In this document: positions 18,861 to 28,635 of the stretch, in pieces
Position numbering within the stretch: the first letter of the stretch is position 1
Layout: each line of letters begins with the position of its first letter
Sequence record: NC_061446.1
Direction: 5' to 3' (one strand)
Length of the DNA stretch: 64,000 bases
The notes under the pieces: model-generated
Databases searched by the model: none
What the model was told of the DNA's origin: nothing
Seen by the model: the letters and a program-made list of their open reading frames with translations, nothing else
Program-made: the position numbers and the translations under genes

Positions 18861-19442
18861 ATGAAAGAGTTCCTGTCTAAGTATTTCGATCTTGAGGAGT
18901 ACGACCGTTGGCCGCTCGCTCTGCTTTTCGTTGGAGCTGTGTTCGCAATCGCAAGTGACTTCCTGTTTGCCTACGATGCAGTCTGGCCGATGTTCGTCGT
19001 CTTCGCGCTGTATACCGTAGCGGTCATTCTCGATGTACGCAACATCATGGAGTCAGGCAACACCGCACCGTCGTGGGGCTGGCTGTTGTTCATTCCTGTT
19101 TATCTGTGGAGGCGCGACACTCTTACGCAAAAGAAGAATCGCAACATCTTCTATGTGTGGATGATTCTGTGCATTCTCTCATTCGGCAGTAGTTATCTCG
19201 CAATGAACCGCGATAACCACGAGCTGGTGGAACAGGATGTGTGTCGTGTGCTCGATACGATTGACGCTCTGCAATCCAACAACATCACCTGCGTTCGTGC
19301 GTACAACATGAAAGAGCAGTATGACGGGTACTGGAAGGGTAGTGCCCATTTGTCCAACAACCGCGACGTTAATGTAAGCGCTGATTACAACAAAGATAAA
19401 GACAGCGTGTACGTTCAAATTCATAGCCTGTTAGGAGAGTAA
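18861..19442 (+). CDS. membrane protein (3-4 TM helices plus soluble C-terminal domain)
   Basis: Hydrophobic segments WPLALLFVGAVFAIA, WPMFVVFALYTVAVIL, IFYVWMILCILSF; AAGGA RBS. Confidence 0.75.
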   Translation: MKEFLSKYFDLEEYDRWPLALLFVGAVFAIASDFLFAYDAVWPMFVVFALYTVAVILDVRNIMESGNTAPSWGWLLFIPVYLWRRDTLTQKKNRNIFYVWMILCILSFGSSYLAMNRDNHELVEQDVCRVLDTIDALQSNNITCVRAYNMKEQYDGYWKGSAHLSNNRDVNVSADYNKDKDSVYVQIHSLLGE

Positions 19443-19443
19443 C

Positions 19444-20142
19444 GTGGAGCAAGAACAAAATCCCCTCGATATGCCTGTTCATATCGTTAACGGTTTTCAA
19501 TTCCGAGAAGAATCTGCAAAGCTGATGGCTTATGCGCTGGACATGAAACGTCTTGGTGCTAACATCGACGCGAACTTCTGGGACACTCGCATTCTCGACG
19601 ACGATCAGAATATTGACATGATTCAGCGCCTGTCTACTACTGGTCCTGTGATTAATCGTCGTAACTTCGACCTGTTCGAATCGGCTGACCGTTGCCGCCG
19701 AAATGCCGCCGTTGTGTTCGAAGCGCTTATCTACGGCTTTGACCTGATGATGCAGGAATTCCGTGAATCGTTCCTCGCGGATGAAGGTGTCTCTCCTTGG
19801 ATTGACCGCCACGACACTAACATGTTCAGTCGTGAGCTGTTGCAATATCTCACTCGTCCGGCAGAAGAATCTGATCTACTCGATCTGCCTACGTATCGTC
19901 GTCAAGCGGCCGTCCTGTGTGACGTTGAGCCTGTGCTGCTTACGCTGCGTGTGCATAACGAAATCCAGTACGTCTGGAACGGCGAGTGGCGGGCGCTGAC
20001 GAACGCTCCGATCGAAACACGCCGTCGTCAATGCGTTAACTGGTATTACAACCACGCATTCACAATCCATCGTCTGCGCCACATGCTGTCGCGCTACCTG
20101 TATCACAAATTTCCTGAGCAGTTCGGAGGCAAAAGTGCGTAA
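19444..20142 (+). CDS. hypothetical protein
   Basis: AGGAG RBS, GTG start; 232 aa. Confidence 0.75.
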   Translation: MEQEQNPLDMPVHIVNGFQFREESAKLMAYALDMKRLGANIDANFWDTRILDDDQNIDMIQRLSTTGPVINRRNFDLFESADRCRRNAAVVFEALIYGFDLMMQEFRESFLADEGVSPWIDRHDTNMFSRELLQYLTRPAEESDLLDLPTYRRQAAVLCDVEPVLLTLRVHNEIQYVWNGEWRALTNAPIETRRRQCVNWYYNHAFTIHRLRHMLSRYLYHKFPEQFGGKSA

Positions 20143-20473
20143 CATCATCGCTGTACTTAAAATGCGTTACATCGAACAACTGCGTGACGGCTACGAAGAC
20201 GGCCCGATTTTCGATATTGTTTACTTTGACGGCGAAGTAAAAGAAGCACCGCACTTTGTGCGTACTCGTATTGCTGATACGCTGTTCCCAAACAGTGTCG
20301 AAGATTCCGCTGTTGGTGGCTACGACTATCTGGTGCTGAGTGTGCGTGACCACGACAACGACGTTGAACTCAAGCCTGGTGACTTTGTTGTTTTCCGTGA
20401 AAACAGCAGCTTCACAACTCTTCGTGGCTTCGATACAGCAGAGGTGATTGATGGAAAACTCCGTCTTAGTTGA
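20135..20473 (+). CDS. hypothetical protein with PGDF motif
   Basis: GGAGG RBS; ELKPGDFVV. Confidence 0.7.
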   Translation: MRNIIAVLKMRYIEQLRDGYEDGPIFDIVYFDGEVKEAPHFVRTRIADTLFPNSVEDSAVGGYDYLVLSVRDHDNDVELKPGDFVVFRENSSFTTLRGFDTAEVIDGKLRLS

Positions 20474-20927
20474 TCTGCGTGAGCGTCTAGTAAAGGCGCT
20501 CGGCCTAACAGTAGTAAGCAGTGGCCAGTCTGCCTGCTATGTTGACCCTGAAGGTAATCCGATGGGTCTGGTTCGTGAGTGGCGTCCTGAGTCGGCAGAG
20601 AATATCCTGCTGGTCATTGAGCGATACGGTCTGTGTGTTGAGCGCACGGTCGACCCACAACATAAACCGCGTCCGGGCGAAGAAGATAAGATTGTGTGGC
20701 TGTACAACGTGTGGTCACGCAATCCAATCTATCGAACATTGTCAGTCGATAACTTTGCTCGTAGCCGTGGTGCTCGCATTGTCGGTCATGACTTAAAGAC
20801 TGCCGTGTTTACGTGGGCTGTGCTTCGTGCTGAACGTGTCAAACAACTGCGCGACTCTAAAGTTGACGCGAAGCTCTATAACTTCGACGTACTGCGGGAG
20901 AAGGTGTATGTATCGCCAGCTCAGTGA
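20448..20927 (+). CDS. hypothetical protein
   Basis: GAGG RBS; 159 aa. Confidence 0.7.
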   Translation: MMENSVLVDLRERLVKALGLTVVSSGQSACYVDPEGNPMGLVREWRPESAENILLVIERYGLCVERTVDPQHKPRPGEEDKIVWLYNVWSRNPIYRTLSVDNFARSRGARIVGHDLKTAVFTWAVLRAERVKQLRDSKVDAKLYNFDVLREKVYVSPAQ

Positions 20928-21318
20928 AAACCCAACGTCGGATGAACTGCGTCAGTATTATGAGCAGATTCATAAAGAAGCCGAAGAAATCATGCAGCAG
21001 GTGTGGGCGCTTCGTGGTTGGACTGTTCGCTGGGAATGGCATAACGGTATTTGTGATGACTGCCAGTTCCTGTTTGACGCATCAGGCAAGTGTCTTGGTG
21101 AGAAACATGCGGCTATCCCACAAGATGCAGGTATGGCAGGCAAGATTGACTCACTCAAGCTGTCTGTCTCTCACACCAAGAAATCTGTAAAGATCAGTAA
21201 CAAGAGCGCTGATAAGCCAGTCGAAGGAAAAGGCCGTAATCTAAGGCTTGCCTATCTCGACTGGCTGCTCAACATTGAAAAGCAGAAAGCTGAGGAGAAA
21301 ACGTGCGCTGTCCCTTAA
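20908..21318 (+). CDS. hypothetical protein
   Basis: GGAGAAGG RBS before ATG 20908. Confidence 0.7.
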   Translation: MYRQLSENPTSDELRQYYEQIHKEAEEIMQQVWALRGWTVRWEWHNGICDDCQFLFDASGKCLGEKHAAIPQDAGMAGKIDSLKLSVSHTKKSVKISNKSADKPVEGKGRNLRLAYLDWLLNIEKQKAEEKTCAVP

Positions 21319-21824
21319 ACGAATTACCGATGAATCTCGATCAGGCTGAACACATTATGGCTAGTGTGTTTACGCTCGCTGGTTCATCGAAATCCAAACG
21401 TCGCGCTACTGCCGCTATGCTCGTCCACTTTCATCACGGCTTCCCAACTGTTATCAGTAGCGGTGTGAACGGTACGCAGCCTGGTGAAAGCAACGTTATG
21501 GAGAACGACGACCTGACGCTCTCGCTCGACACTGTTATTCATGCGGAGGTGAACTGTCTCAATCGCATGGAAGAATACAGCATGTGGGCTGACGAGAAGG
21601 ACATTCTGTTCTGTACCGATTCGCCGTGTCCTAACTGCTTGGCTGATCTCGAAGCCGAAGGCGTTAAGACTGTCGTATATGCGCGTGAGTATCGTCTGAC
21701 TGAACATCTCGACGCATCGAAGATCAAGATGTTCTGCCTCGATATGAAATCGGTAGAACTTCGTATGCTTCGCGGCATCGAGCGCATGAAAGAAGTGATC
21801 GCAACAACACCAGTGTCTAACTAA
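21303..21824 (+). CDS. dCMP deaminase-like zinc-dependent deaminase
   Basis: SGVNG, HAEVNCL, SPCPNC; start may be ATG 21330. Confidence 0.85.
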   Translation: MRCPLNELPMNLDQAEHIMASVFTLAGSSKSKRRATAAMLVHFHHGFPTVISSGVNGTQPGESNVMENDDLTLSLDTVIHAEVNCLNRMEEYSMWADEKDILFCTDSPCPNCLADLEAEGVKTVVYAREYRLTEHLDASKIKMFCLDMKSVELRMLRGIERMKEVIATTPVSN

Positions 21825-21849
21825 GACCAATAACTGAGAGGCTCTCAAC

Positions 21850-22566
21850 ATGGAAAACAAATTCGAATCAGGCTTTAAATGCCACCCGCTCACTAAAGAG
21901 CAGCAGGACCAAGCGTTCCGTGAGTTCGATAGACAGCAACAAAAGTCGCTTGAGCGTCTGACGCAGATGATTGAATCTGATCCCGTGTTGAGGGCCCAGC
22001 ACGAAGAGGCACGTCGCCGCGAGCACCAGCAGAAGTTTGGTGACATGGATTTTTCCAAACTCGAAGAACGTGTAGCTGATACGTTTGAACATTCATCTGG
22101 TGTCGTTCGTGGTGTAGTTCAACGCTATCCACGTATGTCCGACAATCTGCCTCGTGATGGTCGTATTAAAGTTGACGTAATACCAGGGAAACGTATGCTG
22201 CAAACTGATATTCATCTCGGTGATGTAAAGACCGAAGACCTGTCGCTTGCTATGGCTGCCGTTGCATTCGGACTTAGTGGTGAGCAGCTTGGCGTCATCC
22301 CTGCTCCTGGTGGCGGTCAGTTCGTTGAACCGGAAACGCAGTTGAGTTACATCGACGAAGCACCATTTATTCCAAATCATCTACCTCAGCACTATCTGCA
22401 AGCTGATACAGGCCCCATGCCTGCGTTTGGTCGTGCTTTGCGTATAGCTCCGAAAGATTCATGGTCTGCGGAGCGCCGTGATCGTGCTGCGACGTCTGCA
22501 CCTGCTCGTAAGAAACTCCGTGCCCGCACACGCGCCCAGAAGAAAGCGCGTCGTAAACAACGCTGA
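21850..22566 (+). CDS. hypothetical protein with basic C-terminal tail
   Basis: 238 aa; ends RKKLRARTRAQKKARRKQR. Confidence 0.75.
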   Translation: MENKFESGFKCHPLTKEQQDQAFREFDRQQQKSLERLTQMIESDPVLRAQHEEARRREHQQKFGDMDFSKLEERVADTFEHSSGVVRGVVQRYPRMSDNLPRDGRIKVDVIPGKRMLQTDIHLGDVKTEDLSLAMAAVAFGLSGEQLGVIPAPGGGQFVEPETQLSYIDEAPFIPNHLPQHYLQADTGPMPAFGRALRIAPKDSWSAERRDRAATSAPARKKLRARTRAQKKARRKQR

Positions 22567-22576
22567 GGTAACAGCA

Positions 22577-23068
22577 ATGAGTAATGAGATTAAACAAGCC
22601 TCGATGGAGAGCTACAACGCGCTTGGCCTGCCTAGTGATTTTATGAATCTCGTATCAGACGAAGATGCCGCAGACTTTGTGGCTAAACTGTCTGATGAGA
22701 AACGCCGTAAGCTGACTGTCGGTCTGGCTTTGCTTCATCTGCAAATTCCCGATGCGATTCGTTATGAGTTATTGACGAACCACATCGACGAAACTGAGCG
22801 TCTGGTTCACAATGCGTTCCAGGACCTGAGCGCTTCGCTGGTAAACAAGCTGTCGCATGAAGGTAGCGCTGAAACTAAATCAACACTCGGTAGTGTTCGT
22901 CTGGCAATGCTGATGAACATTCTGGGATTTGATGATGCTACTCTTAGTGGCGTCTTGAACGACCCTATCCTGACGCGCCGCGCAAGCCTTGTTGCTGTGA
23001 CTGGCTTGAATGAGATGGGTCAGAAAATCCAACAACTGTACGACGAGAAAAACAATGAGCCAACCTAA
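22577..23068 (+). CDS. hypothetical protein
   Basis: GAGG RBS before ATG 22577. Confidence 0.7.
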   Translation: MSNEIKQASMESYNALGLPSDFMNLVSDEDAADFVAKLSDEKRRKLTVGLALLHLQIPDAIRYELLTNHIDETERLVHNAFQDLSASLVNKLSHEGSAETKSTLGSVRLAMLMNILGFDDATLSGVLNDPILTRRASLVAVTGLNEMGQKIQQLYDEKNNEPT

Positions 23069-23198
23069 CGTAGCAACTCAATCAGAAGAAATGGATCTGG
23101 ATGCAATCCCTGGTCTGGACCCGGATGCAGTGGCACCGAACGGTGTTGATGCAGCAGCATCTGATGAAGGTTGTGAAGGCGGCGCCTGCAAAATCTAA
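23055..23198 (+). CDS. 47-aa acidic peptide ending in an NrdA-like redox tail (GCEGGACKI)
   Basis: ATG 23055 to TAA 23198, then a terminator; C-terminus matches E. coli NrdA GCESGACKI at 8 of 9 positions. Confidence 0.7.
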   Translation: MSQPNVATQSEEMDLDAIPGLDPDAVAPNGVDAAASDEGCEGGACKI

Positions 23199-23201
23199 TT
23201 C

Positions 23202-23224
23202 ATGGGGCCTAGTGCCCCATTTTT
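23202..23224 (+). terminator. rho-independent terminator
   Basis: ATGGGGC-CTAGT-GCCCCAT-TTTT. Confidence 0.8.
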
Positions 23225-23227
23225 CGT

Positions 23228-23770
23228 TTGAGGATAAAAACGATGCAAACAGCCTATCGCTGTAAACATTGTCGCGGCATCTATACTGGAAAAATCAGTA
23301 GTTGCGACTGCGGCGGAAGCTCAAAGTTCGAGTATACGTTAGTGCAAATCATCGACGTGCCTGAGAACGAAGACCAAGTACCTCCGTTCAAAGATCTCAA
23401 ACACTCTCGCGCTCAACGCTACGTGAACGTTAAAGACGGCACGTATGGCAACGGCATCTATGAACTGCGTGAGAAGCGTGAGGGAGAACGTTACTGGTGG
23501 ACACATCTCGGTACTATGCAGAGCGGGTTCGATAGCACTGATATGCCTTACAAGTTCTGCGAAGATAATCGTAAGGCGAACGTTCTGCTGGCGGCTGCCG
23601 GTCCTGTTATGCTCGAAGCGCTGTACATGGCGTATCAGTATTTCCATCTCAAGCGTGAGGTTCAAGGCAGTTCGATTAAGAACGACAGCCGACTGTCCAT
23701 CATTGCCGACGCGATTCGTCAGGGCACTGACCTGTCTGTGTTCGACACACTTCAAATACCTAAGGAATGA
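23228..23770 (+). CDS. hypothetical protein with N-terminal Cys cluster
   Basis: CKHC...CDC; start possibly ATG 23243 after GAGGA. Confidence 0.7.
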   Translation: MRIKTMQTAYRCKHCRGIYTGKISSCDCGGSSKFEYTLVQIIDVPENEDQVPPFKDLKHSRAQRYVNVKDGTYGNGIYELREKREGERYWWTHLGTMQSGFDSTDMPYKFCEDNRKANVLLAAAGPVMLEALYMAYQYFHLKREVQGSSIKNDSRLSIIADAIRQGTDLSVFDTLQIPKE

Positions 23771-24408
23771 TCATGTTGATTGATGCGTTGAAAGCAATCC
23801 CTGCGATTATACTCTGCTACATAGTGTGGCGCTATTTTCTAAACAAGCGTGACCATGATCGTCATCTGATTAAGGCGCAAGAGCAATACAATCGTGGCCG
23901 CCTCGATCGAGGTAACGCCTGGATTCATTTGAAAACGGGCCGTTCTTATACCGTTCTTTGGTTGACCAACACTGGTACGTCTAAGGCAGGATGGGAAATC
24001 AACGTCGTATACACGCACGACTTCCAGCAAATCTATAGCCGCCCGTTCAGTGAGTTCTGCCATAAGTTTCATCATATCAGTCGCGGCGAAAACGAACAGC
24101 CTTTCGAAACTATGCTGATGACCGAGCAGATGCTTAACAATACCGAAATACGTCTTCCTAAAGAAGGTGAGATTTGGTTTGAAGGTACTGTACACGCGAC
24201 GCCTCCTGAACTTATCAAGCGCGGCCATCCACCTCAGGTTGTGTCTCAACGGCGCGCTCGTATTGATAGGGTACTTGGTGTCGGTGACGCACATCCAGTA
24301 GTCTTATTTACTGTAAATGAAAAGCAGACAGCAATGTTGCTTTCGCAATTCATTTTCATCTATCGCAAAGAGGTGTCCTTCGATGGAACAACCAGCTCTT
24401 GTGTTTAA
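23767..24408 (+). CDS. membrane-anchored protein with a DUF1653-like domain
   Basis: N-terminal TM; WIHLKTGRSYTV...VVY...YSRPFSEF. Confidence 0.6.
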   Translation: MIMLIDALKAIPAIILCYIVWRYFLNKRDHDRHLIKAQEQYNRGRLDRGNAWIHLKTGRSYTVLWLTNTGTSKAGWEINVVYTHDFQQIYSRPFSEFCHKFHHISRGENEQPFETMLMTEQMLNNTEIRLPKEGEIWFEGTVHATPPELIKRGHPPQVVSQRRARIDRVLGVGDAHPVVLFTVNEKQTAMLLSQFIFIYRKEVSFDGTTSSCV

Positions 24409-24730
24409 ATACGTGATGTTCGTCCGTACGCGCACCAAAGAGCGTGACGACGGCGTTTACTTGCCTGTGATATTCCCAACGCATATCATGCACTCTGATA
24501 TGTCGGACGAAATGCGCGGCTACGGTATGTCCAACGGTTTTCGAGAGAATCGCTATCACCAGCGTATCGATCCAATCTCGGCCGGCTTTATCAATCTGCG
24601 AACACTTCAATGTTTCGGTGAATCTGAATCTCTGGAACTGAAATCGCGTCCAGAAGACAGCACCATTATCGCAGAGTACATGAAGACTCAGGGTAAAGGT
24701 GCAGAAGCTCCGCCGGAGGATGATGAATAA
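24383..24730 (+). CDS. conserved phage hypothetical protein
   Basis: IFPTHIMH...SAGFI...GESESLELKSRPED pattern; GAGG RBS. Confidence 0.7.
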   Translation: MEQPALVFKYVMFVRTRTKERDDGVYLPVIFPTHIMHSDMSDEMRGYGMSNGFRENRYHQRIDPISAGFINLRTLQCFGESESLELKSRPEDSTIIAEYMKTQGKGAEAPPEDDE

Positions 24731-25218
24731 TGAACGTTCAGCAGAAGTCGAGAGACATTAGACGCAGCAAGCGTAAAGCTGTAATCAGCAAACAGCATGA
24801 GTTCCGTAATGCCTGTAATGAAATGCAGCCGCGTGTTCAGCAAGATCTGATTGATATTCTTGCTGAGTTTGTTCGGGCAGGCTCCGATAAAGACATGCTG
24901 GTGTTTAGACGCCCTGTGTACCGCATAGGTAAGTACAAGTTTCAGCTACAGGTTACTGTCAAATTCTTTGACACGCGCAACACGCAGTTCAACGTTGAGC
25001 TTGTATCTAAAGGCTTTACGACTCTGCTGGAGCAAAACGTTCGTCACCGTAGTTGGTTCCTGCCGGACACAGTTCTCGTCGAGCACAATATCTATCTCAG
25101 GGATATGATGTATCGTGCGCAACAGGCGGTGTTCACAGGTAAAGAGTGGGAATTGGAATACGATCCAAACATAAGTGTAGACGATTCCGTATTCACTCAC
25201 ATCTATCTCGTGGAGTAG
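24730..25218 (+). CDS. hypothetical protein
   Basis: TAATG coupling. Confidence 0.7.
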   Translation: MNVQQKSRDIRRSKRKAVISKQHEFRNACNEMQPRVQQDLIDILAEFVRAGSDKDMLVFRRPVYRIGKYKFQLQVTVKFFDTRNTQFNVELVSKGFTTLLEQNVRHRSWFLPDTVLVEHNIYLRDMMYRAQQAVFTGKEWELEYDPNISVDDSVFTHIYLVE

Positions 25219-25220
25219 TC

Positions 25221-25562
25221 ATGGACATTCTAAAATCAATCTGGGCTAGCCCTTTTTGGGACAGTCCTGCGTCTGCATTTGTGCCTACGACGCTTATCAT
25301 CTCATTCTTTATCTATACTGAATGGCGTGAGCGTCGTACTCTGCGTCTGTCTCGTAAGGCATTCGCAGACGGCTGGGATCCGAAGAAGAATGCGCTCTTC
25401 CGTCACAAGTGGTTTCCATTCATGACGTGTCGTGTGGACTTTTATTCGAATAGCCCGAATGACAAGTTCACGCCGTCAGTGTTTGTGCAAAGGAATGGTG
25501 GGCGTTATGTAGAGATGCCTGCCTGTGTGTTACGTTACCGCTATACTGAGATTAAACAATGA
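25221..25562 (+). CDS. membrane-anchored hypothetical protein
   Basis: GGAG RBS; TM FVPTTLIISFFIY. Confidence 0.65.
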   Translation: MDILKSIWASPFWDSPASAFVPTTLIISFFIYTEWRERRTLRLSRKAFADGWDPKKNALFRHKWFPFMTCRVDFYSNSPNDKFTPSVFVQRNGGRYVEMPACVLRYRYTEIKQ

Positions 25563-25900
25563 CACCAGCAATCCGCTTTAACGAGCAGACCTGCGATCTG
25601 CTGAAAAAGATCTTCGGCATCAACAAGCCCTTCTTTGTTGTGCGCCGAGACGTAATCATCGAAAACGATAAGCAGTTCGGTGAGCGTGTGTATCTGGCCA
25701 ACGGCACTCATGTCGTTACCGTGCCTAACGTTCAGGGCCTCGATCTCGGCGATAAGCTCTATCTCGCAGAAGACAGTGAGGTGTACGAGTGGCATCCTCA
25801 TTTCGACCGCCCCAAATATGAAGCGAGCAACAATCAAAAGGAAGCGCTCGCTTTTGGCTTTCACCCTATCGTCCATCATACAGACAGCCGGAACTCTTAA
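25559..25900 (+). CDS. hypothetical protein
   Basis: ATGA-coupled; TAATG-coupled to thyA. Confidence 0.7.
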   Translation: MTPAIRFNEQTCDLLKKIFGINKPFFVVRRDVIIENDKQFGERVYLANGTHVVTVPNVQGLDLGDKLYLAEDSEVYEWHPHFDRPKYEASNNQKEALAFGFHPIVHHTDSRNS

Positions 25901-27003
25901 TGAACAATCAACCTCTCGATCTGCGCGATCCCAACCAGTACGAACTGTATTCCCTGCACTGCGTGGATGAACAGTACATCAATCTCGGCAATGCTATTCT
26001 GATGCACGGTACTGACGAAACAGATCTCGGCCGTACCGAAGACACGTGGCGTACTCTGATTGGTATTGGCTTTCAGTTGACCAACACGCTGATCGCTTTC
26101 CCTGCGCTGCTGTCTGCACGTAAGAACTGGTTCGCTGCCGTTGATGAAATGTGCTGGATGGCGCGCGGTGAAACAAACATCGGCAGTCTCAATTCCAAAA
26201 TCTGGAACGAGTGGGCTGACGAAGACGGCGAATGCGGTCCTATCTACGGTCTGATGTGGCGTATGTGGCCTGATATCAAAACCTTCCCGACTATTGAGTC
26301 GATGAAGGCGCGTCAGATTAGCGATGCTGAGATCGAGCGCATCTCCAAAGAGATCAATCGCATGAAGGCTGCTGGCTACACTGAAACAGAAATGGCTGAT
26401 GGTCGTGTGTGCTACGAGGGTACGATCGACCAGTTCGCTGATGCTCTGCGTCAGGTAATGAATCGCAGTCGTTCACGTCGCATCCGCGTTCAGGCATACA
26501 ATCCGGCGTATCTCAACATGCAGGGTCTACCGCCATGTCACACTGAGTTTGAGTTCAATGTGACCAAGCCCACACTGTACGAAACGGCTCAGATGGAAGC
26601 ACGTCAGATGGCACCTGCCGAAGACTCGCTGCACATCACGGTGACAATGCGTTCCAACGACACACTTTTAGGGCGTCCGTTTAATATCATCGGCTACAGC
26701 GCCATGCACCAAATGATCGCGAAGTGGGCAGGCATGAACGTTGGCAGCTTTACGCTGAACACTACCAACACGCATCTGTACACTCACCACTTTGAAGCGT
26801 TCAAAAAGCAAAGTGAACAGTGGGCAGTTCTCGCAGACAACATGAAACGCACTGGCGAACCTGTTGTCTATCCTATGCTGGAAATCAGTGACGACATTCT
26901 TGGCCTGACGCCGGAAGAGTTGCTGGATAACGCCAACGCTGAATGGTTCCAGCTTCTCGATTATGCACCGGCACAGGCAGTCAAAGGACGGGTGACAAAG
27001 TGA
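25900..27003 (+). CDS. thyA: thymidylate synthase
   Basis: EMCWMARGETN, IWNEWAD..GECGPIYG, LPPCH, RSND.LLGRPFNI, HLYTHH. Confidence 0.92.
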   Translation: MNNQPLDLRDPNQYELYSLHCVDEQYINLGNAILMHGTDETDLGRTEDTWRTLIGIGFQLTNTLIAFPALLSARKNWFAAVDEMCWMARGETNIGSLNSKIWNEWADEDGECGPIYGLMWRMWPDIKTFPTIESMKARQISDAEIERISKEINRMKAAGYTETEMADGRVCYEGTIDQFADALRQVMNRSRSRRIRVQAYNPAYLNMQGLPPCHTEFEFNVTKPTLYETAQMEARQMAPAEDSLHITVTMRSNDTLLGRPFNIIGYSAMHQMIAKWAGMNVGSFTLNTTNTHLYTHHFEAFKKQSEQWAVLADNMKRTGEPVVYPMLEISDDILGLTPEELLDNANAEWFQLLDYAPAQAVKGRVTK

Positions 27004-27653
27004 ACAACAACATTCTTCTGATCAAGCGCGTTTCTTCTTACCTGTATGTAGGCTATTGCGAAAATGCAAGTGACATTCCCCGTCGTGGTGTTGAGATGCT
27101 GGACATTGTTGTGCCGAGCCCTGTAAGTGGTGACTCAGACAACATTCTCGATATGAAAGCGCGTTGCATCTATCATTTGCCACACAACTGTTTCCTGCTG
27201 CAACATGTAGATGGTGAGTTCGAGGGCAACGAATACCCGGCGTGGACGAAAAAGCATTGTCGGGATAACATGGAAATCTTCCAGCGTTCGTCTCATGGCC
27301 GTGAGCAGGCAGCGATTGAACTCATGCTGAATGAACTGCGTGATGCGGAAGTTGAGCATCCGGAATGGCCGGAAGAAGCAATTCATGCAGGCTCCATTCT
27401 CGTGGAAGAAGCGGGTGAGTTGCTGCGCGATTGCGTGTCCTTCGATGAAACAGGTGACGATAAGCTGATCGTTAATATGCAGATCGAAGCCGTACAGACA
27501 GGTGCAATGGCATTGCGCTTCCTGAAAAATCTGTCCACGTCGCAGAAGCGCACTATCCCGCATAATGCTCTGCGTACTATCTTAAACTCAGAGATGACTC
27601 CGGAAGAGCAACTGGCGGAGATGCGTCGTCTTATCGATCACGGAGTACGCTAA
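27000..27653 (+). CDS. protein with MazG-like helical NTP-pyrophosphatase domain
   Basis: HPEWPEEAIHAGSILVEEAGEL...EAVQTGAMALRF. Confidence 0.55.
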   Translation: MNNNILLIKRVSSYLYVGYCENASDIPRRGVEMLDIVVPSPVSGDSDNILDMKARCIYHLPHNCFLLQHVDGEFEGNEYPAWTKKHCRDNMEIFQRSSHGREQAAIELMLNELRDAEVEHPEWPEEAIHAGSILVEEAGELLRDCVSFDETGDDKLIVNMQIEAVQTGAMALRFLKNLSTSQKRTIPHNALRTILNSEMTPEEQLAEMRRLIDHGVR

Positions 27654-28585
27654 TGCGTTTACTAAAGTATATCCCAAGTGCAGGCATCACGCACACGCCA
27701 CCAGCCGGCGGTGAGTATGTTCGTGATATGGTAATCGACTTTGGCGATCATCCGAAGCCTGACGTAGGTCACCATGATGAACTCTGTCTGTTCGATCTGC
27801 GTCTGACCAATGTGGATGTGTATCACGAACAAGATAGCGTCCACATCTGCCTGCCTGACATGAGCCACATCTACGCCAACTTCGATATGGAGATCTGCCG
27901 CTCGCAGGAGTATCAGTTCTGGATGGGTGACAACGCTCATGCTCCTTCTGCTGATGCTATCGTTCACGCACATATCGTTAAAGGTCATCTTCCTAATCTG
28001 CACAAAGACTTCGATGCGTTTGTCGAATGGCTGTTTGATCGTATGCGTGAAATTCCTCGTCTCAACATCGATCACATGGTGCTGAAAGGCAAAGGTCAAA
28101 TGTACGATGCAAATACCAAAAACTCGTATGACCTTTGGGGCATGTTCCGCTACTGGTTGATGCTGGGTCGTAATCTGACTATCGGGTATTCGCTCGACAA
28201 TCAGATAACGCTCAACGATACACACATCTCTGAGAAGGGTGTGCGCTGGTGGTTGATTGAGCACAACAAACAACTGATGGAAGTCGCGCGTGAGAACGAT
28301 CTGCTGGCTGCATTCATCACGTTTGGCTCCGATAGCCCTGGCTCTGAGGACGAGTATGCGTATACGTTCGTTGGCAAAGACGGCAACTTCATGCGCAGCC
28401 ACGTAGACGTTAGCGAGTTCATGCACCTCGCTGTTCACGGCCACTTCCCTGAACTGGTCTGCGATTCGAGCGGCAAGAACTTCAACGTGACGTTTAACTT
28501 CGCGCAGTATTTCCCGGAAGAGTATCACGCGTACCAAAACTATCGCGGCGGTGATTACCATCGCGCTCTGTCTCGCTTCGTCTGA
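27653..28585 (+). CDS. hypothetical protein (310 aa)
   Basis: GGAG RBS, TAATG coupling. Confidence 0.75.
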   Translation: MRLLKYIPSAGITHTPPAGGEYVRDMVIDFGDHPKPDVGHHDELCLFDLRLTNVDVYHEQDSVHICLPDMSHIYANFDMEICRSQEYQFWMGDNAHAPSADAIVHAHIVKGHLPNLHKDFDAFVEWLFDRMREIPRLNIDHMVLKGKGQMYDANTKNSYDLWGMFRYWLMLGRNLTIGYSLDNQITLNDTHISEKGVRWWLIEHNKQLMEVARENDLLAAFITFGSDSPGSEDEYAYTFVGKDGNFMRSHVDVSEFMHLAVHGHFPELVCDSSGKNFNVTFNFAQYFPEEYHAYQNYRGGDYHRALSRFV

Positions 28586-28635
28586 CGGGCTTCGGCCTCC
28601 TGTCAGTAATTTGATTGTCTAACAGGAGAGCCGAC

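Noticed and set aside
19674-19682. GTTCGAATC T-loop-like string (possible tRNA)
   Set aside because: Inside a coding gene; no acceptor, D or anticodon stems around it
25900-27003. ThyA as a dCMP hydroxymethylase or other base-modifying synthase
   Set aside because: Keeps the dUMP-specifying Asn in PFNI (Asp in dCMP hydroxymethylases)
27662-28561. Long antisense ORFs (also 3059..3760, 21384..22058, 23839..24294, 41493..42152 on -; 60567..61322 on +)
   Set aside because: They shadow well-supported genes on the opposite strand, lack RBSs and motifs, and break the strand organisation
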